Shown in pieces: positions 40,488-49,962 of a DNA stretch of 64,000 nt. The stretch is from positions 103,549 through 167,548 of the forward strand of contig JBMNGO010000007.1 in NCBI GenBank assembly GCA_050949885.1, given 5' to 3'. A program made the translations under genes and the position numbers. The notes under the pieces were generated by a model that saw only the letters and a program-made list of their open reading frames with translations, did no database searches and had not been told where the DNA came from. This DNA comes from Syntrophomonadaceae bacterium (lineage in GTDB: Bacteria; Bacillota; Syntrophomonadia; Syntrophomonadales; Syntrophomonadaceae). Positions within the stretch are counted from its first letter, which is position 1. The number at the start of each line of letters is the position of its first letter.

Positions 40488-41480
40488 ATGGTACCTGAAC
40501 AGATTGCAAATACGCCAGTAGAGGATGCTCAGAACGTTGTTTTTATGGAAAAACTTACTTCATGTGAGTTCTTTCTTAAAGATAAGGGGGCTCCTCAACT
40601 TGTTTTGTATGACATTGGGCTATCATTCGAAAGAGGTCAAGTGTGGGGTATAACCGGGAATAATCTGTTTGAAATCAAACTGCTGGCGGAAATTATGGCC
40701 AATATAAAACCTTATCGCGCCGGGAAGTGCGTTCTTCTCGAACGTGGCATGATGAGGCACAAACGCATTATCCTTCCCCATGTCTTTTACATCGGCAGTA
40801 CTGAGATGGTTTACAATAATATGAACGTGCTGGAATTTTTAATGTTTGCTACAGCTAAATTTCCCGGAGAAAAGGTAGACCACCAGGAGCAGTTATTTGA
40901 GTATTTAATCAGCATCGGACTTAAAAGGATATCCCTGTCTCCTATTTATATGCTTTCCAAAGAGCAAAAAGCGGTTATAATCATGCTGGTGGCCGCCTAC
41001 TCAGATAGTCAGCTTATTGTCCATAATCTACCGGATTATTATTATAATGATACACTGATTCCAGCAATACAGCAGATTGCCCAACTCATTGCAGAAAAAG
41101 GAAAAACCTTAGTCATAACAACCAGAACTTCTGATTTAATTGAAAAGGCCTGCAGCCACATTCTTTTTTTACTGAATGGCACCGTACACTACCAGGGTGA
41201 TGTTCTTCATTTTTGCCACAAGTACGACAAAAACATCCTGACCATACAAGATAATAATGCTGGGGAGATTGCAAAAGTACTCAGAGAGACGCTTCCCGGT
41301 TATCAGTATGATCTGGAAGCAGGCAACCTAATTGTACGTTCCTGCCAGGATGAGGAAGAAAATCCGAATCTCATCTACGAAAGAATTATTGAGTCAGGGT
41401 TTGCTCCCGCAAAAATTCAAATCAACAAGAAAAATGTTAAAAACGCGCGCGAGCAAATAATAAAACATTATGATTTATAA
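40488..41480 (+). CDS. ABC-ATPase-like protein with degenerate nucleotide-binding motifs
   Basis: Overall ABC fold order is preserved. Walker A reads GITGNNLFEIK (no GK[ST]), the signature reads LSKEQ (not LSGGQ), and Walker B reads LIVHNLPD (no D-E). Confidence 0.65.
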   Translation: MVPEQIANTPVEDAQNVVFMEKLTSCEFFLKDKGAPQLVLYDIGLSFERGQVWGITGNNLFEIKLLAEIMANIKPYRAGKCVLLERGMMRHKRIILPHVFYIGSTEMVYNNMNVLEFLMFATAKFPGEKVDHQEQLFEYLISIGLKRISLSPIYMLSKEQKAVIIMLVAAYSDSQLIVHNLPDYYYNDTLIPAIQQIAQLIAEKGKTLVITTRTSDLIEKACSHILFLLNGTVHYQGDVLHFCHKYDKNILTIQDNNAGEIAKVLRETLPGYQYDLEAGNLIVRSCQDEEENPNLIYERIIESGFAPAKIQINKKNVKNAREQIIKHYDL

Positions 41481-42903
41481 AAACAGCTACTTTCAAAAAG
41501 AACTGCGACAAGCTTACATAGACGACTCTATCGGCGCCAAAAGAAAATCTCTTTATGCGCTTTTAATAGGACTCGTTTCCTTTGCGGTGCATTTTTTTCT
41601 GCGTACTATGTCGGAAAGCATACTGGCAGATATAATGCCCCATCTTATTCAACCAAGTTACTTCTCCACCTTGTATACATATATGACAGTATCAATTTAC
41701 TTATATACCCTGTATTATATTGTTTATTATGACTATCTTTCCTTTGTGGAAATTAGAAAAAATCGGTGGTACCTGCTTGCCAAAATGGGCTATCAACCTC
41801 TTTCCATGGTTTTTTCCAAGCTGGCCGCATTCATTTATTCAATTTGGTTTATGTATAGCTGTGGTTTTATATTTACTATTGGGCTGACAATGCTGATAAA
41901 GTATACATTTATTCACGAATATATGCTGGCCCTCTATCTTGCGGGTTTGCTTGATATAATCGTCATTGGTGTTGTATCTATTACATTATCCTTGTTTATC
42001 TATGGAACCAAAACCGCAAGATATATTATTTTCTTTTTCACAGTTGTTTTACTTATGACTAAATCCCTTTCAGGGTACTCAGCGCTAACAGGCAACAGGA
42101 TTTTAATGCAAAACGCCCTAAATCTTATAGATTTTTCACAAACGACGTATTTACTCTTTTCCGCTGCTATCATCCTTGCTTGTACCCTAATATGCATTTT
42201 TAGGGCACAAAACATTGGCAAATATTACACCATGCCGGAGGAACTGTACGTTAACATAATACCGGAAGGTGCCTCTGTGTTCCGAATTGAGGATTCGGTG
42301 AAGAAAATATACCATCTCGGGCCTAAAGACAAGTATGATGGCAGTAGAATTATTGATCTGGTTATAACCTCTTTATTTGTGGTTATTATTTGTTCTACAC
42401 TCGTTTTAAATCTTTTTGTTCTTATTTCCTCTGCCTCCCAGCTTAGTAAGGAGGTTACGATATTTGATCATATTCCCTATATTTTTCAGTCAGATACCAT
42501 GGAACCCTGCATAATGAAAAACGACCTTGCCTTATTTAGAAGAGTAGATCGCAATGAACCAATAAAGACAGGAGATGTCGTCCTTTTTCGGGACAATAAA
42601 ATTGTATATGTTGAAAGAGTGATGGCAAAAGAGGACGACCGGTATATAGTGGATATTGATTGCTATCCGGCTATGTCACAGGTAGGGGCTATGGAAAAAA
42701 GCCTTTCCCGTGAAGCGATTTATGGCGTCTTCACCTACAGAAGCCGCTGGCTGGGAGCCTTGATTCTATTTGCCAATACGATTTTTGGCAGATTCTTCTT
42801 GCTGTTGCTTCCAGCGGTTATTCTGTTTTTCTATAATCCCATCCGAACTTTTATTGCTAACCTGATACGCTACATACAATATCACTCAGAAGTACCCAGC
42901 TAG
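41470..42903 (+). CDS. polytopic membrane protein (ABC-2-permease-like) fused to a C-terminal S26 signal-peptidase-like domain
   Basis: Has 6-8 TM segments, then SDTMEPCIMKNDLALF ... GDVVLFRDNKIVYVERV, which aligns by eye with the SipW Ser and His boxes. At those positions Ser is replaced by Thr and His is missing. A final TM segment follows. Confidence 0.65.
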   Translation: MIYKNSYFQKELRQAYIDDSIGAKRKSLYALLIGLVSFAVHFFLRTMSESILADIMPHLIQPSYFSTLYTYMTVSIYLYTLYYIVYYDYLSFVEIRKNRWYLLAKMGYQPLSMVFSKLAAFIYSIWFMYSCGFIFTIGLTMLIKYTFIHEYMLALYLAGLLDIIVIGVVSITLSLFIYGTKTARYIIFFFTVVLLMTKSLSGYSALTGNRILMQNALNLIDFSQTTYLLFSAAIILACTLICIFRAQNIGKYYTMPEELYVNIIPEGASVFRIEDSVKKIYHLGPKDKYDGSRIIDLVITSLFVVIICSTLVLNLFVLISSASQLSKEVTIFDHIPYIFQSDTMEPCIMKNDLALFRRVDRNEPIKTGDVVLFRDNKIVYVERVMAKEDDRYIVDIDCYPAMSQVGAMEKSLSREAIYGVFTYRSRWLGALILFANTIFGRFFLLLLPAVILFFYNPIRTFIANLIRYIQYHSEVPS

Positions 42904-42907
42904 GCGA

Positions 42908-42932
42908 ATCATAGGGACAGGTACCTTGAGTT
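42908..42932. repeat. dispersed repeat, solo arm (ATCATAGGGACAGGTACCTTGAGTT)
   Basis: Same family as 25577, 49551 and 50393. Lies 5 nt after the stop of 41470..42903. Confidence 0.7.
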
Positions 42933-43080
42933 ATGTTCCCGTTACCGAAATAATAGCAGCCCAAAACAGAACCGTAGCATCACGTTCCACAAGATCAATC
43001 AGCAGTTATTGGTACTATTGAAAAACAACGGTGCTTATTTTTTGAAAAGCACCGTGACAGAATGGCTGCTTGGCGATTCA

Positions 43081-43110
43081 TTGACATTTGAGTTATTAGT
43101 ATTGTATAAT
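43081..43110 (+). promoter_or_regulatory. sigma-A promoter of tRNA-Leu(GAG)
   Basis: TTGACA, an 18-nt spacer, then TATAAT, 31 nt upstream of the tRNA 5' end. Confidence 0.7.
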
Positions 43111-43141
43111 ACCCTTTGTCAGAATAACCAAATGGAAATGT

Positions 43142-43226
43142 GTCGGAGTGGTGGAACGGGCAGACACGTACGTTTGAGGGGCGTATCCTTAGCCGGGTGC
43201 GGGTTCAAGTCCCGCCTCCGACACCA
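43142..43226 (+). tRNA. tRNA-Leu (anticodon GAG), class II, CCA encoded
   Basis: Folds as GTCGGAG-TG-GTG(GAACGGGCAGA)CAC-G-TACGT(TTGAGGG)GCGTA, then a 13-nt variable region, then GCGGG(TTCAAGT)CCCGC-CTCCGAC-ACCA. Confidence 0.85.
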
Positions 43227-43283
43227 TGATTAAACGCACCAGGTAACTGGATTTTCAATACAATACTTAAACCGTTAGGCAGG

Positions 43284-43321
43284 ATAATAGCTGAAAAAAT
43301 GTTCTCAGCTATTATTTTTTT
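43284..43321 (+). terminator. intrinsic terminator after tRNA-Leu(GAG)
   Basis: 11-bp stem ATAATAGCTGA/TCAGCTATTAT followed by a T7 run. Confidence 0.75.
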
Positions 43322-43517
43322 GCATTCCTCCGGGTTGTCTCAATCTATTTTGATAGTCTTTTCTTGCTTTACAGCTTTGGCAACTACCTTTTTGGTCAAG
43401 CCGGCGAACGGGGAAGCCCGTTAAACCTTTTACGGTAGGTGGCAAAGATATGTAACGTAGATAGACATTGTCCATTATCCTCTCTCCTACTAGCAAACAT
43501 GATGAAATAAATGTTAA

Positions 43518-43805
43518 TTATTTAACCCTGCGTAAGTGGGCAGTTTCAAGCTGTAGTACATCTATCTTAGCTTCAATGCGGCCGAGAGTGCTAATTATTC
43601 GTTCGTTTACATCGTTCTGTACCTCCCGTGCATCGTATAAAGCCCTGATTTTTTCAGTAAATTCGTTTTCCATGCGTGCTTGGCTGGCGTCAATTTTACT
43701 AATCTTAGTTTCCAAGTTATCCAAACGAGTATTAACCTGTGTTATGGATTCCTGCATGGTGGTTTGGTTTTTTAGTAATAATTCAAGTATTTCTCTATCA
43801 GTCAT
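43518..43805 (-). CDS. small coiled-coil hypothetical protein (possible mobile-element remnant)
   Basis: 95 aa with a very strong RBS (GAAGGGAGGGAGAGAGG directly upstream) and heptad-rich sequence. Confidence 0.6.
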   Translation of the reverse strand: MTDREILELLLKNQTTMQESITQVNTRLDNLETKISKIDASQARMENEFTEKIRALYDAREVQNDVNERIISTLGRIEAKIDVLQLETAHLRRVK

Positions 43806-44522
43806 CCTCTCTCCCTCCCTTCTTCTTCAAAGCCTCTATGATGGTTATAGATGTCTATATATTTTCATTGATAATTCCCGTCCTACCTGGAATAAAGGCT
43901 TCGTTTCAGGACCCTTGTCAAGCTCGTCAAATGCCCTCTTTCTATTCCCCGCTAAATCATCAATTTGTGCATGGATTATCTCCTCGACGAGCCTGTAATC
44001 TGCAATCCGAAGTATACCCTTGGGTCAATTTTTATCCGCGTATTTTCAACAATATTATCCAACATAACAAGTAGTTTGGCCAATAGATTTTTGTATATAT
44101 TCTGTTAAGCCAGGTTTACTCCTGCCTCTTTTTTATTAGTCCTTTTTTCCAGGCTAGCAGTGGGCTGGAAATATTCAAATCTGATATAATAAAGGCCAAA
44201 AGTTAAAGGAAGCAGATGTGTTCGTCATTCTTCAATTATACCTCAGCATTTCCTTGCCGCCATTCACACCAAAAACTGTTGAATTTAAACATCCGGTTTT
44301 TTGTAGCCGCAGAGAGTCTTTTGAAAATGAGGGAGAATGACTTCTGCATTTGGCCAAGTCTTGCTTCAAACTGGCTTCAGAATGCCTAACTAAGATGTAT
44401 TATGGTAAAAAGCAGAATAGCCAACCAGAAGTAAGAAGATACCTTTTGCTGAGCTTGCCTAAGGTGGATTCCAAGTGAGGGTGTTCACCCAATAGCTTAT
44501 TAGAGTTGGGAGGAGAAGGAAG

Positions 44523-45634
44523 ATGCCAATCAAAATATTTCATACTGCCGATTTACATATAGGGATGAAATTCAACAACTATCAGGAGCCGATAAGAACC
44601 AAGCTGCAGCAGGTCAGGTTGGAGGTTTTGAAGAAGATGCTGTTGAAAGCCAATGAGGAAAACTGCAATCTGTTTGTTGTAGCCGGTGATTTATTCCACA
44701 ACATCAAGGGTATTAACAAAAAGACTATTGTTCAAACCGCCGAATACATGGAGGAATTTCAGGGGGAAGGTGTTTGATTCTGCCCGGCAATCATGATTAC
44801 GATAACGACATGATAGAATTGTGGGATACCTTCCAAAAAAATGCCGGGGATAAAACCATATTCTTAAACCGGGAAGCCCCTGTTGCTCTGACAGATTACG
44901 GGCTGGATGCCACAGTATATCCGGCACCCTGCCATTCCAAACACAGCGCCGCCAACAATATCGGCTGGATCAGTGAACAAGAAGTGAATCACCAACATAT
45001 AAATATTGGTATTGCCCATGGTTCGCTGCAGGGCCTTTCACCTGATATGGATTCCAGTTATTTTTTCATGACTTTGCAGGAGCTGGAGAACTTGCCCCTG
45101 GATGTATGGCTGCTGGGACATACCCATGTAGCTTACCCTGCTAATGAATCAACAAAAGACTGGAAGGTATTCAATCCGGGAACACCGGAACCGGATGGCT
45201 TGGATTGCCGGCACCATGGACATGCATGGATTATTAACTTGGATGAGCAAAAGAGGATAACGGCCAATCTGATTCCCACAGGAACCTACCGTTTTTTGGA
45301 TGAAAACCACACCATCACCGATTCTGATGATCTGGATCGGCTGCAGGCCAACCTGCTTAAAGACAGACCGGAGACTACCATAGCCAGAATCCGCCTGGCA
45401 GGAAGGGTCCCGGAATACACCTATCGCTATCGCAAGGAAGTAATTAATACTTTAGAACAGAAACTGGCGTGTCTTATTGTGGATGATTTCAACCTGGGGG
45501 TAAAAATCACCCCGGAAAAGATTAGTCAAGAATTTACCCAGGGATCGTTCCCACAACAGTTTCTAGCTGCATTGTCTGATGACGAAGATGCCATGGAAAT
45601 TGCTTATGAGTTGATCATGGGGGTGAGAAAATGA
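44523..45634 (+). pseudogene. SbcD/YhaO-like metallophosphoesterase nuclease, frameshifted in a G5 tract
   Basis: N-terminus FHTADLHIG is in frame 0 and stops at 44775. LILPGNHD and GHTH continue in the next frame from 44774. Adding one G to GGGGG (44762..44766) restores a single ORF of about 370 aa. Confidence 0.75.
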
Positions 45635-48048
45635 TCATCAGAGAATACCGCTGCCGGCGATTTGCGGGAATTAAGGATAAATCTTATGAATTTAAAGAAG
45701 GGCTCAATGTTCTGCTGGGTAACAATGAGTCAGGGAAGAGTACGCTAATCGAAGGTATTCATGCAGCTATGTTCAAGGCAACTAAGCAGGACAGAAGATC
45801 GGTAGCGGATAAAACGTTTTATTCCAAGTTTATGCCTTTACCTGACGGTGACAGCATTGACAGCCAGCTAGTTTTAGTCTGTCCTGATGGTGAATATACC
45901 ATTTCTAAAGAATGGGGTGCCAATCCCTCAATAGAGCTCCTGACCCCCAAGGCAGAAAAATTTGTCAGCGAAGAAAAAGTGAAGAAGGCCCTACAAGAAG
46001 CATTAATGTTTGGAGAAGGAACTTTTAGCAATATCTTTTTTTCCAAACAAACTCATTTCCGTGAAGCGCTGGAGAGAATAACCAACCGCCCAGAAACTAC
46101 CAGTGAAATAAGTACCTTATTGCGAAAGGCCATCATGGAACTAGACGGGGTTTCCGTTGATGAATTGGGAGCGAAAATTGATCAAGAGATCGACAGATTG
46201 CTGAAAAGATGGGATGTTGAAAAAGACTATCCTGAAAACAACCGGGGTATCAATAATCCATACAGAACCGGGATAGGGGAAGTACTCGCCCATTATTATG
46301 AGAAGGAAAGCCTGCTCCGGGATATGGAGGAAGCCAAATCCAAGCAGATGCATTATGAACAGATCTCTTGCCAATTAAAAGATTTGGAATGTCGGATAGC
46401 GGCCCTTCAGCAGCAAAAAGGACAAATGGAGCAGATCGAAGAAGATGTAATAAAAAGATCCCAATTGGAGCCTAAGATAACCCAGTATGAAAAAGATCTG
46501 ACCCTACTCATGGAAATTAACCGGAAGTGGCCCAAGCATGAATTAGAACTGGAATATCTGGAAAAACAGCTGGCCGAATTGGAGCAGGAAGATAAAAAGC
46601 TGCGGGAAGAAAAGGCACTGGTGGCAAAAGCCCAGGAAAAAGGAGCTTTAGAGAAAAAACTGGACAAGGTCCGAAAGCTTCAGCAGCTCCTGGAGCAGAA
46701 GAGAGAAGAAACCAAGAGTATAACCAGGATAACCAAAGAAAATATAAATGCCCTGGATAAATACTGGCAGGGTATGCGAAGTGCTGAAGATAAAATGCAG
46801 GCCGGGGTCATGATGGGGAAGCTGATACGCTATACAGGGGAAACCGACTTAACCATTATGAGGGATCTGGAACAACCTGTAATTATTAGACCCGGCGACA
46901 CCTTTAAGGCTAACGGCTTTATCAGGCTGGAAAACGGCAATTTGTCCGTGGAGATCAAAAGCGGTGATATGGATTTTGGTGAGATAAGAAGGCATTATGA
47001 GGAGAATAAAACCAACCTCGAAACACTGCTGCAAGAACTGGGTGTTAACGATATTGAAACAGCCAAATTGCATAAAGAGAAGTATGATAATATTCAAAAT
47101 GAAATATTGCGCCTGGAAAGACAGATCACTGATTTGCTGGAAGGGGATCAGTATGAAAGCTTGGCAGCAAAATTCAATGCTTACGGTGATCTAGGCAGTG
47201 TTAGGGATATTGCGGACTTGGAAGCGGCCACGGAGGCACTGGATGATAAAAAAGTTGAACTGCGGGCTAGCATAAAGTCATTAATAAAGGAAGTCTCTGA
47301 CTGGCAGTGTGAGTATAAAGATATCAACGGGTTACTGGAGCAAATAATTGCGATAAAAATGGCGAAGAAAGAATTGGAAGCAGAGATCGAGAAACTGGCC
47401 CCCCTGCCGGTTGAATTCGAAAATGCAGATATGTTCAGAGCCAAGCTGGTAGAGCTACGCAAATTATATGACCAATACCGGGATGCCTTGGCAGATTTAA
47501 ATAGAGAATACTTAGATATTGAAAATAGTCTTCCCGAATTATCTTATGAAGATCTTAAAGAAGCTTACGAGCAGGCGGAAAATAATTTCAGGCATAAGCT
47601 GGAGCAAGGGAAAAAACTGCTCAAGGTCAAAGCCGCTTTTGAAGCTGCCTGCGCCAAAATTGATGATAATTCCTTTAAACCAGTGGCTGATGCTTTTTCT
47701 TGGTATGTAGTGACATTAACCAATGGCAATTTTACATCTGGAGATATCAGTAATAAATTCGAACTGAAACTGGAAAAGGATGATAATATCAATATACCGG
47801 TTGAATTGCTTTCTACCGGGACCTATGACGCAGTTGCCTTGGCCTTGAGGCTGGCTGTGGCCGATTATATATTTGGAGACCATAAGGGTTTTATAATCCT
47901 GGATGACTGCCTGGTTGACCTGGACCCGGACAGGAAGCAGGCGGCCGCTAATCTAATCAAAAAGTTTGCCGAAAAGCATCAGGTTATCTTTACTACCTGC
48001 AGCCCAGAAACAGCAGATCTACTAGGGGGCACTATAGTACGGATGTAA
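45631..48048 (+). CDS. SbcC/YhaN-like SMC-type AAA ATPase
   Basis: Walker A GNNESGKST, a coiled-coil of about 500 aa, C-terminal signature LSTGTYD and Walker B FIILDDCLVDLD. Start overlaps the upstream stop (ATGA). Confidence 0.85.
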   Translation: MIIREYRCRRFAGIKDKSYEFKEGLNVLLGNNESGKSTLIEGIHAAMFKATKQDRRSVADKTFYSKFMPLPDGDSIDSQLVLVCPDGEYTISKEWGANPSIELLTPKAEKFVSEEKVKKALQEALMFGEGTFSNIFFSKQTHFREALERITNRPETTSEISTLLRKAIMELDGVSVDELGAKIDQEIDRLLKRWDVEKDYPENNRGINNPYRTGIGEVLAHYYEKESLLRDMEEAKSKQMHYEQISCQLKDLECRIAALQQQKGQMEQIEEDVIKRSQLEPKITQYEKDLTLLMEINRKWPKHELELEYLEKQLAELEQEDKKLREEKALVAKAQEKGALEKKLDKVRKLQQLLEQKREETKSITRITKENINALDKYWQGMRSAEDKMQAGVMMGKLIRYTGETDLTIMRDLEQPVIIRPGDTFKANGFIRLENGNLSVEIKSGDMDFGEIRRHYEENKTNLETLLQELGVNDIETAKLHKEKYDNIQNEILRLERQITDLLEGDQYESLAAKFNAYGDLGSVRDIADLEAATEALDDKKVELRASIKSLIKEVSDWQCEYKDINGLLEQIIAIKMAKKELEAEIEKLAPLPVEFENADMFRAKLVELRKLYDQYRDALADLNREYLDIENSLPELSYEDLKEAYEQAENNFRHKLEQGKKLLKVKAAFEAACAKIDDNSFKPVADAFSWYVVTLTNGNFTSGDISNKFELKLEKDDNINIPVELLSTGTYDAVALALRLAVADYIFGDHKGFIILDDCLVDLDPDRKQAAANLIKKFAEKHQVIFTTCSPETADLLGGTIVRM

Positions 48049-48193
48049 TAAGAAATAAAACGAACATCCTTAGAATTGATCTGCCCGGCCCAAGGTAGAT
48101 CCGAGGGCATTCGAAAAATACTGATCTTTAATTTGGTTATTGCCGGTGTATACCAGTTCTCAGTCAAGGATGGCTAATTCATATTTCAAGCAA

Positions 48194-49477
48194 CTACATG
48201 TTTCTGGAGTTATTAGTTCGGGAGTTCTCAGGATTTGCATTAACCCCTGCCCCCTCCACATTTGTGCCCTCCCCGGGATCTGATTCTCCTGGGGAAGCGT
48301 TTAACTCGGGTGTTTCCGGGTCGGAAGTACCATCTCCATCCTCTCCTGTTGAGGGATCATCTTCCTGTTCGGGCTGAGTATCTTCGTCAGTATTGCCTTC
48401 TTCCGGATCGGTGTCCTCCCCAGGGGGCAGGTCTTCCTCAGTACCGCCTTCTTCCGAGGTAATATCTCCCTCAGGGTCATTCATCTCTGACGGATCTTCG
48501 GCCGGTTCAGGAGGAACTTCTTCTTCCAGCATCTCATTGGTTACCGGCTGTATGGGAGGGTGTACCCAGTGGGGCGGATCCTGGGCCACATCATAAGTTT
48601 TTCCGGCAAACAAGTCGGCCAATATCCTTTGGGCTATATCCTGGTCAGCTTCCCAGTAGCTAGCTCCCGTATTCGGGTCAGTAAACGGATAGCCAGGCAG
48701 AGTCTGAGTAACTATGCCGGTGGCATCGAAGCTCCTGGCCACCTGCATCAAAAACAGCAGGTCGGAAGCTGGTATATTGGTATGTATATGTTTACTTATT
48801 TCCGGAATAAGGTCAGGTAGTTTAGCAATGGTACTGGTCTTAAACATTTCCCTGGCCAAAGCTTTTATGAATTTCTGCTGGCGCGCGGTGCGGCCTATGT
48901 CAGCAGTAGGTCCTCCCCGGTACCTGACATAGCTGAGCGCCTGGGCACCAGTGAGACGCTGTTGTCCCGGAGACAAGTTTATACTAAATTCAGGGTTGGG
49001 ATCATAATGGGTCATAGCTGACTCCACTTCAATATTTACCCCGCCCAGTATGTCTACGATGTTCTTGAAACCGAAAAAATTGGTTACAACATAATGATCA
49101 ATACGGGTGCCCAGAAGTCTCCCAACTACTTGGCAAGCTTCCTCCGGCCCTTGCAAGGCATTGACGCTGTTGACTTTGTCATAATGGTTGGGGGAAACCT
49201 CTACCCGGGTATCACGCGGTATCCATACCATCACTATCTGTTTAGTTTTCCGGTCAATGCTGGCCAATATCATAGTATCACTGCGGGAGTTTTCCTCAGC
49301 GTCGCGGGCGTCAATCCCCATTACCAAAATATTTACCGGCTTTGCTTTTTCCATTTTGTCCGCTACCGATGATAATCCAGAGAAATGTCCGGCTAAGAAA
49401 TAACCAGTTAAGAAAAACCCGGCAAATACCAGGATTAGAACTCCAATTTGACTTAGCTTATAATTCGGTGCAACCAT
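48194..49477 (-). CDS. LytR-CpsA-Psr (LCP) family protein with long acidic C-terminal tail
   Basis: TM anchor, then LVMGIDARD...RSDTMILASID core. The start is moved to ATG 49477, 5 nt after GAGGAG. The last ~110 aa are D/E/P/T-rich. Confidence 0.8.
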   Translation of the reverse strand: MVAPNYKLSQIGVLILVFAGFFLTGYFLAGHFSGLSSVADKMEKAKPVNILVMGIDARDAEENSRSDTMILASIDRKTKQIVMVWIPRDTRVEVSPNHYDKVNSVNALQGPEEACQVVGRLLGTRIDHYVVTNFFGFKNIVDILGGVNIEVESAMTHYDPNPEFSINLSPGQQRLTGAQALSYVRYRGGPTADIGRTARQQKFIKALAREMFKTSTIAKLPDLIPEISKHIHTNIPASDLLFLMQVARSFDATGIVTQTLPGYPFTDPNTGASYWEADQDIAQRILADLFAGKTYDVAQDPPHWVHPPIQPVTNEMLEEEVPPEPAEDPSEMNDPEGDITSEEGGTEEDLPPGEDTDPEEGNTDEDTQPEQEDDPSTGEDGDGTSDPETPELNASPGESDPGEGTNVEGAGVNANPENSRTNNSRNM

Positions 49478-49550
49478 TACTACTCCTCGATTCTGGCAAA
49501 TAAATCTCACTTATTTTACCTCTTACCGCAGTCGCTGTCCAATTAATCTA

Positions 49551-49598
49551 ATCACCGGAGTAGGTACCTTGATATGGGAACCCTCGGTACCTAGCTGA
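49551..49598. repeat. dispersed repeat, degenerate copy (left arm plus internal CCTAGCTGA block)
   Basis: ATCACCGGAGTAGGTACCTTGATA...CGGTACCTAGCTGAG parallels 50389..50450. Confidence 0.6.
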
Positions 49599-49962
49599 GA
49601 TGGATAAAGTAACCTGTGATTGATCGCCAGGAATTTTCGGATAATTGATAGGATTTCCATAACAGGGTATAGAATACTATTTCATTTAAGTATATTTCTA
49701 GTTGGCAAATAATTGCAGCCCAGGATTTAATAGGACGAATAAAATTCATACATGTGAATCCGAGCAGGGAGGTGAAGAGAAGATTTCCCATACCTGGGAG
49801 CGGTGGCTTTATTTTCACCGGCGGATGAAGGAAACAGGTTAAGTGGAGTATGTTTAAAATTTGGCAGCCAGGCTCATACCTGTGGACTTCATGTTGGAGG
49901 TTCCTTGGTCCCAAGGAGTTCTCTAAGCCATATTTAATTGGATAGTAAAAGGGAGGGATATT

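Noticed and set aside
43468-44074. The + strand ORFs 43468..43998 (176 aa) and 43739..44074 (111 aa).
   Set aside because: They are antisense shadows of the minus-strand coiled-coil gene and of decayed minus-strand gene fragments. They are Ser/Leu/Ile-rich, low-complexity translations without an RBS.
49600-49962. Structured-looking leader upstream of the thioesterase gene (GGTGAA...TTCACC and CCCA..TGGG hairpins), considered as a riboswitch. Also the 175-aa minus-strand ORF 49591..50118.
   Set aside because: No match to any riboswitch class I can recall and no terminator/antiterminator pair. The ORF overlaps the well-supported thioesterase gene, has no RBS and has implausible composition.
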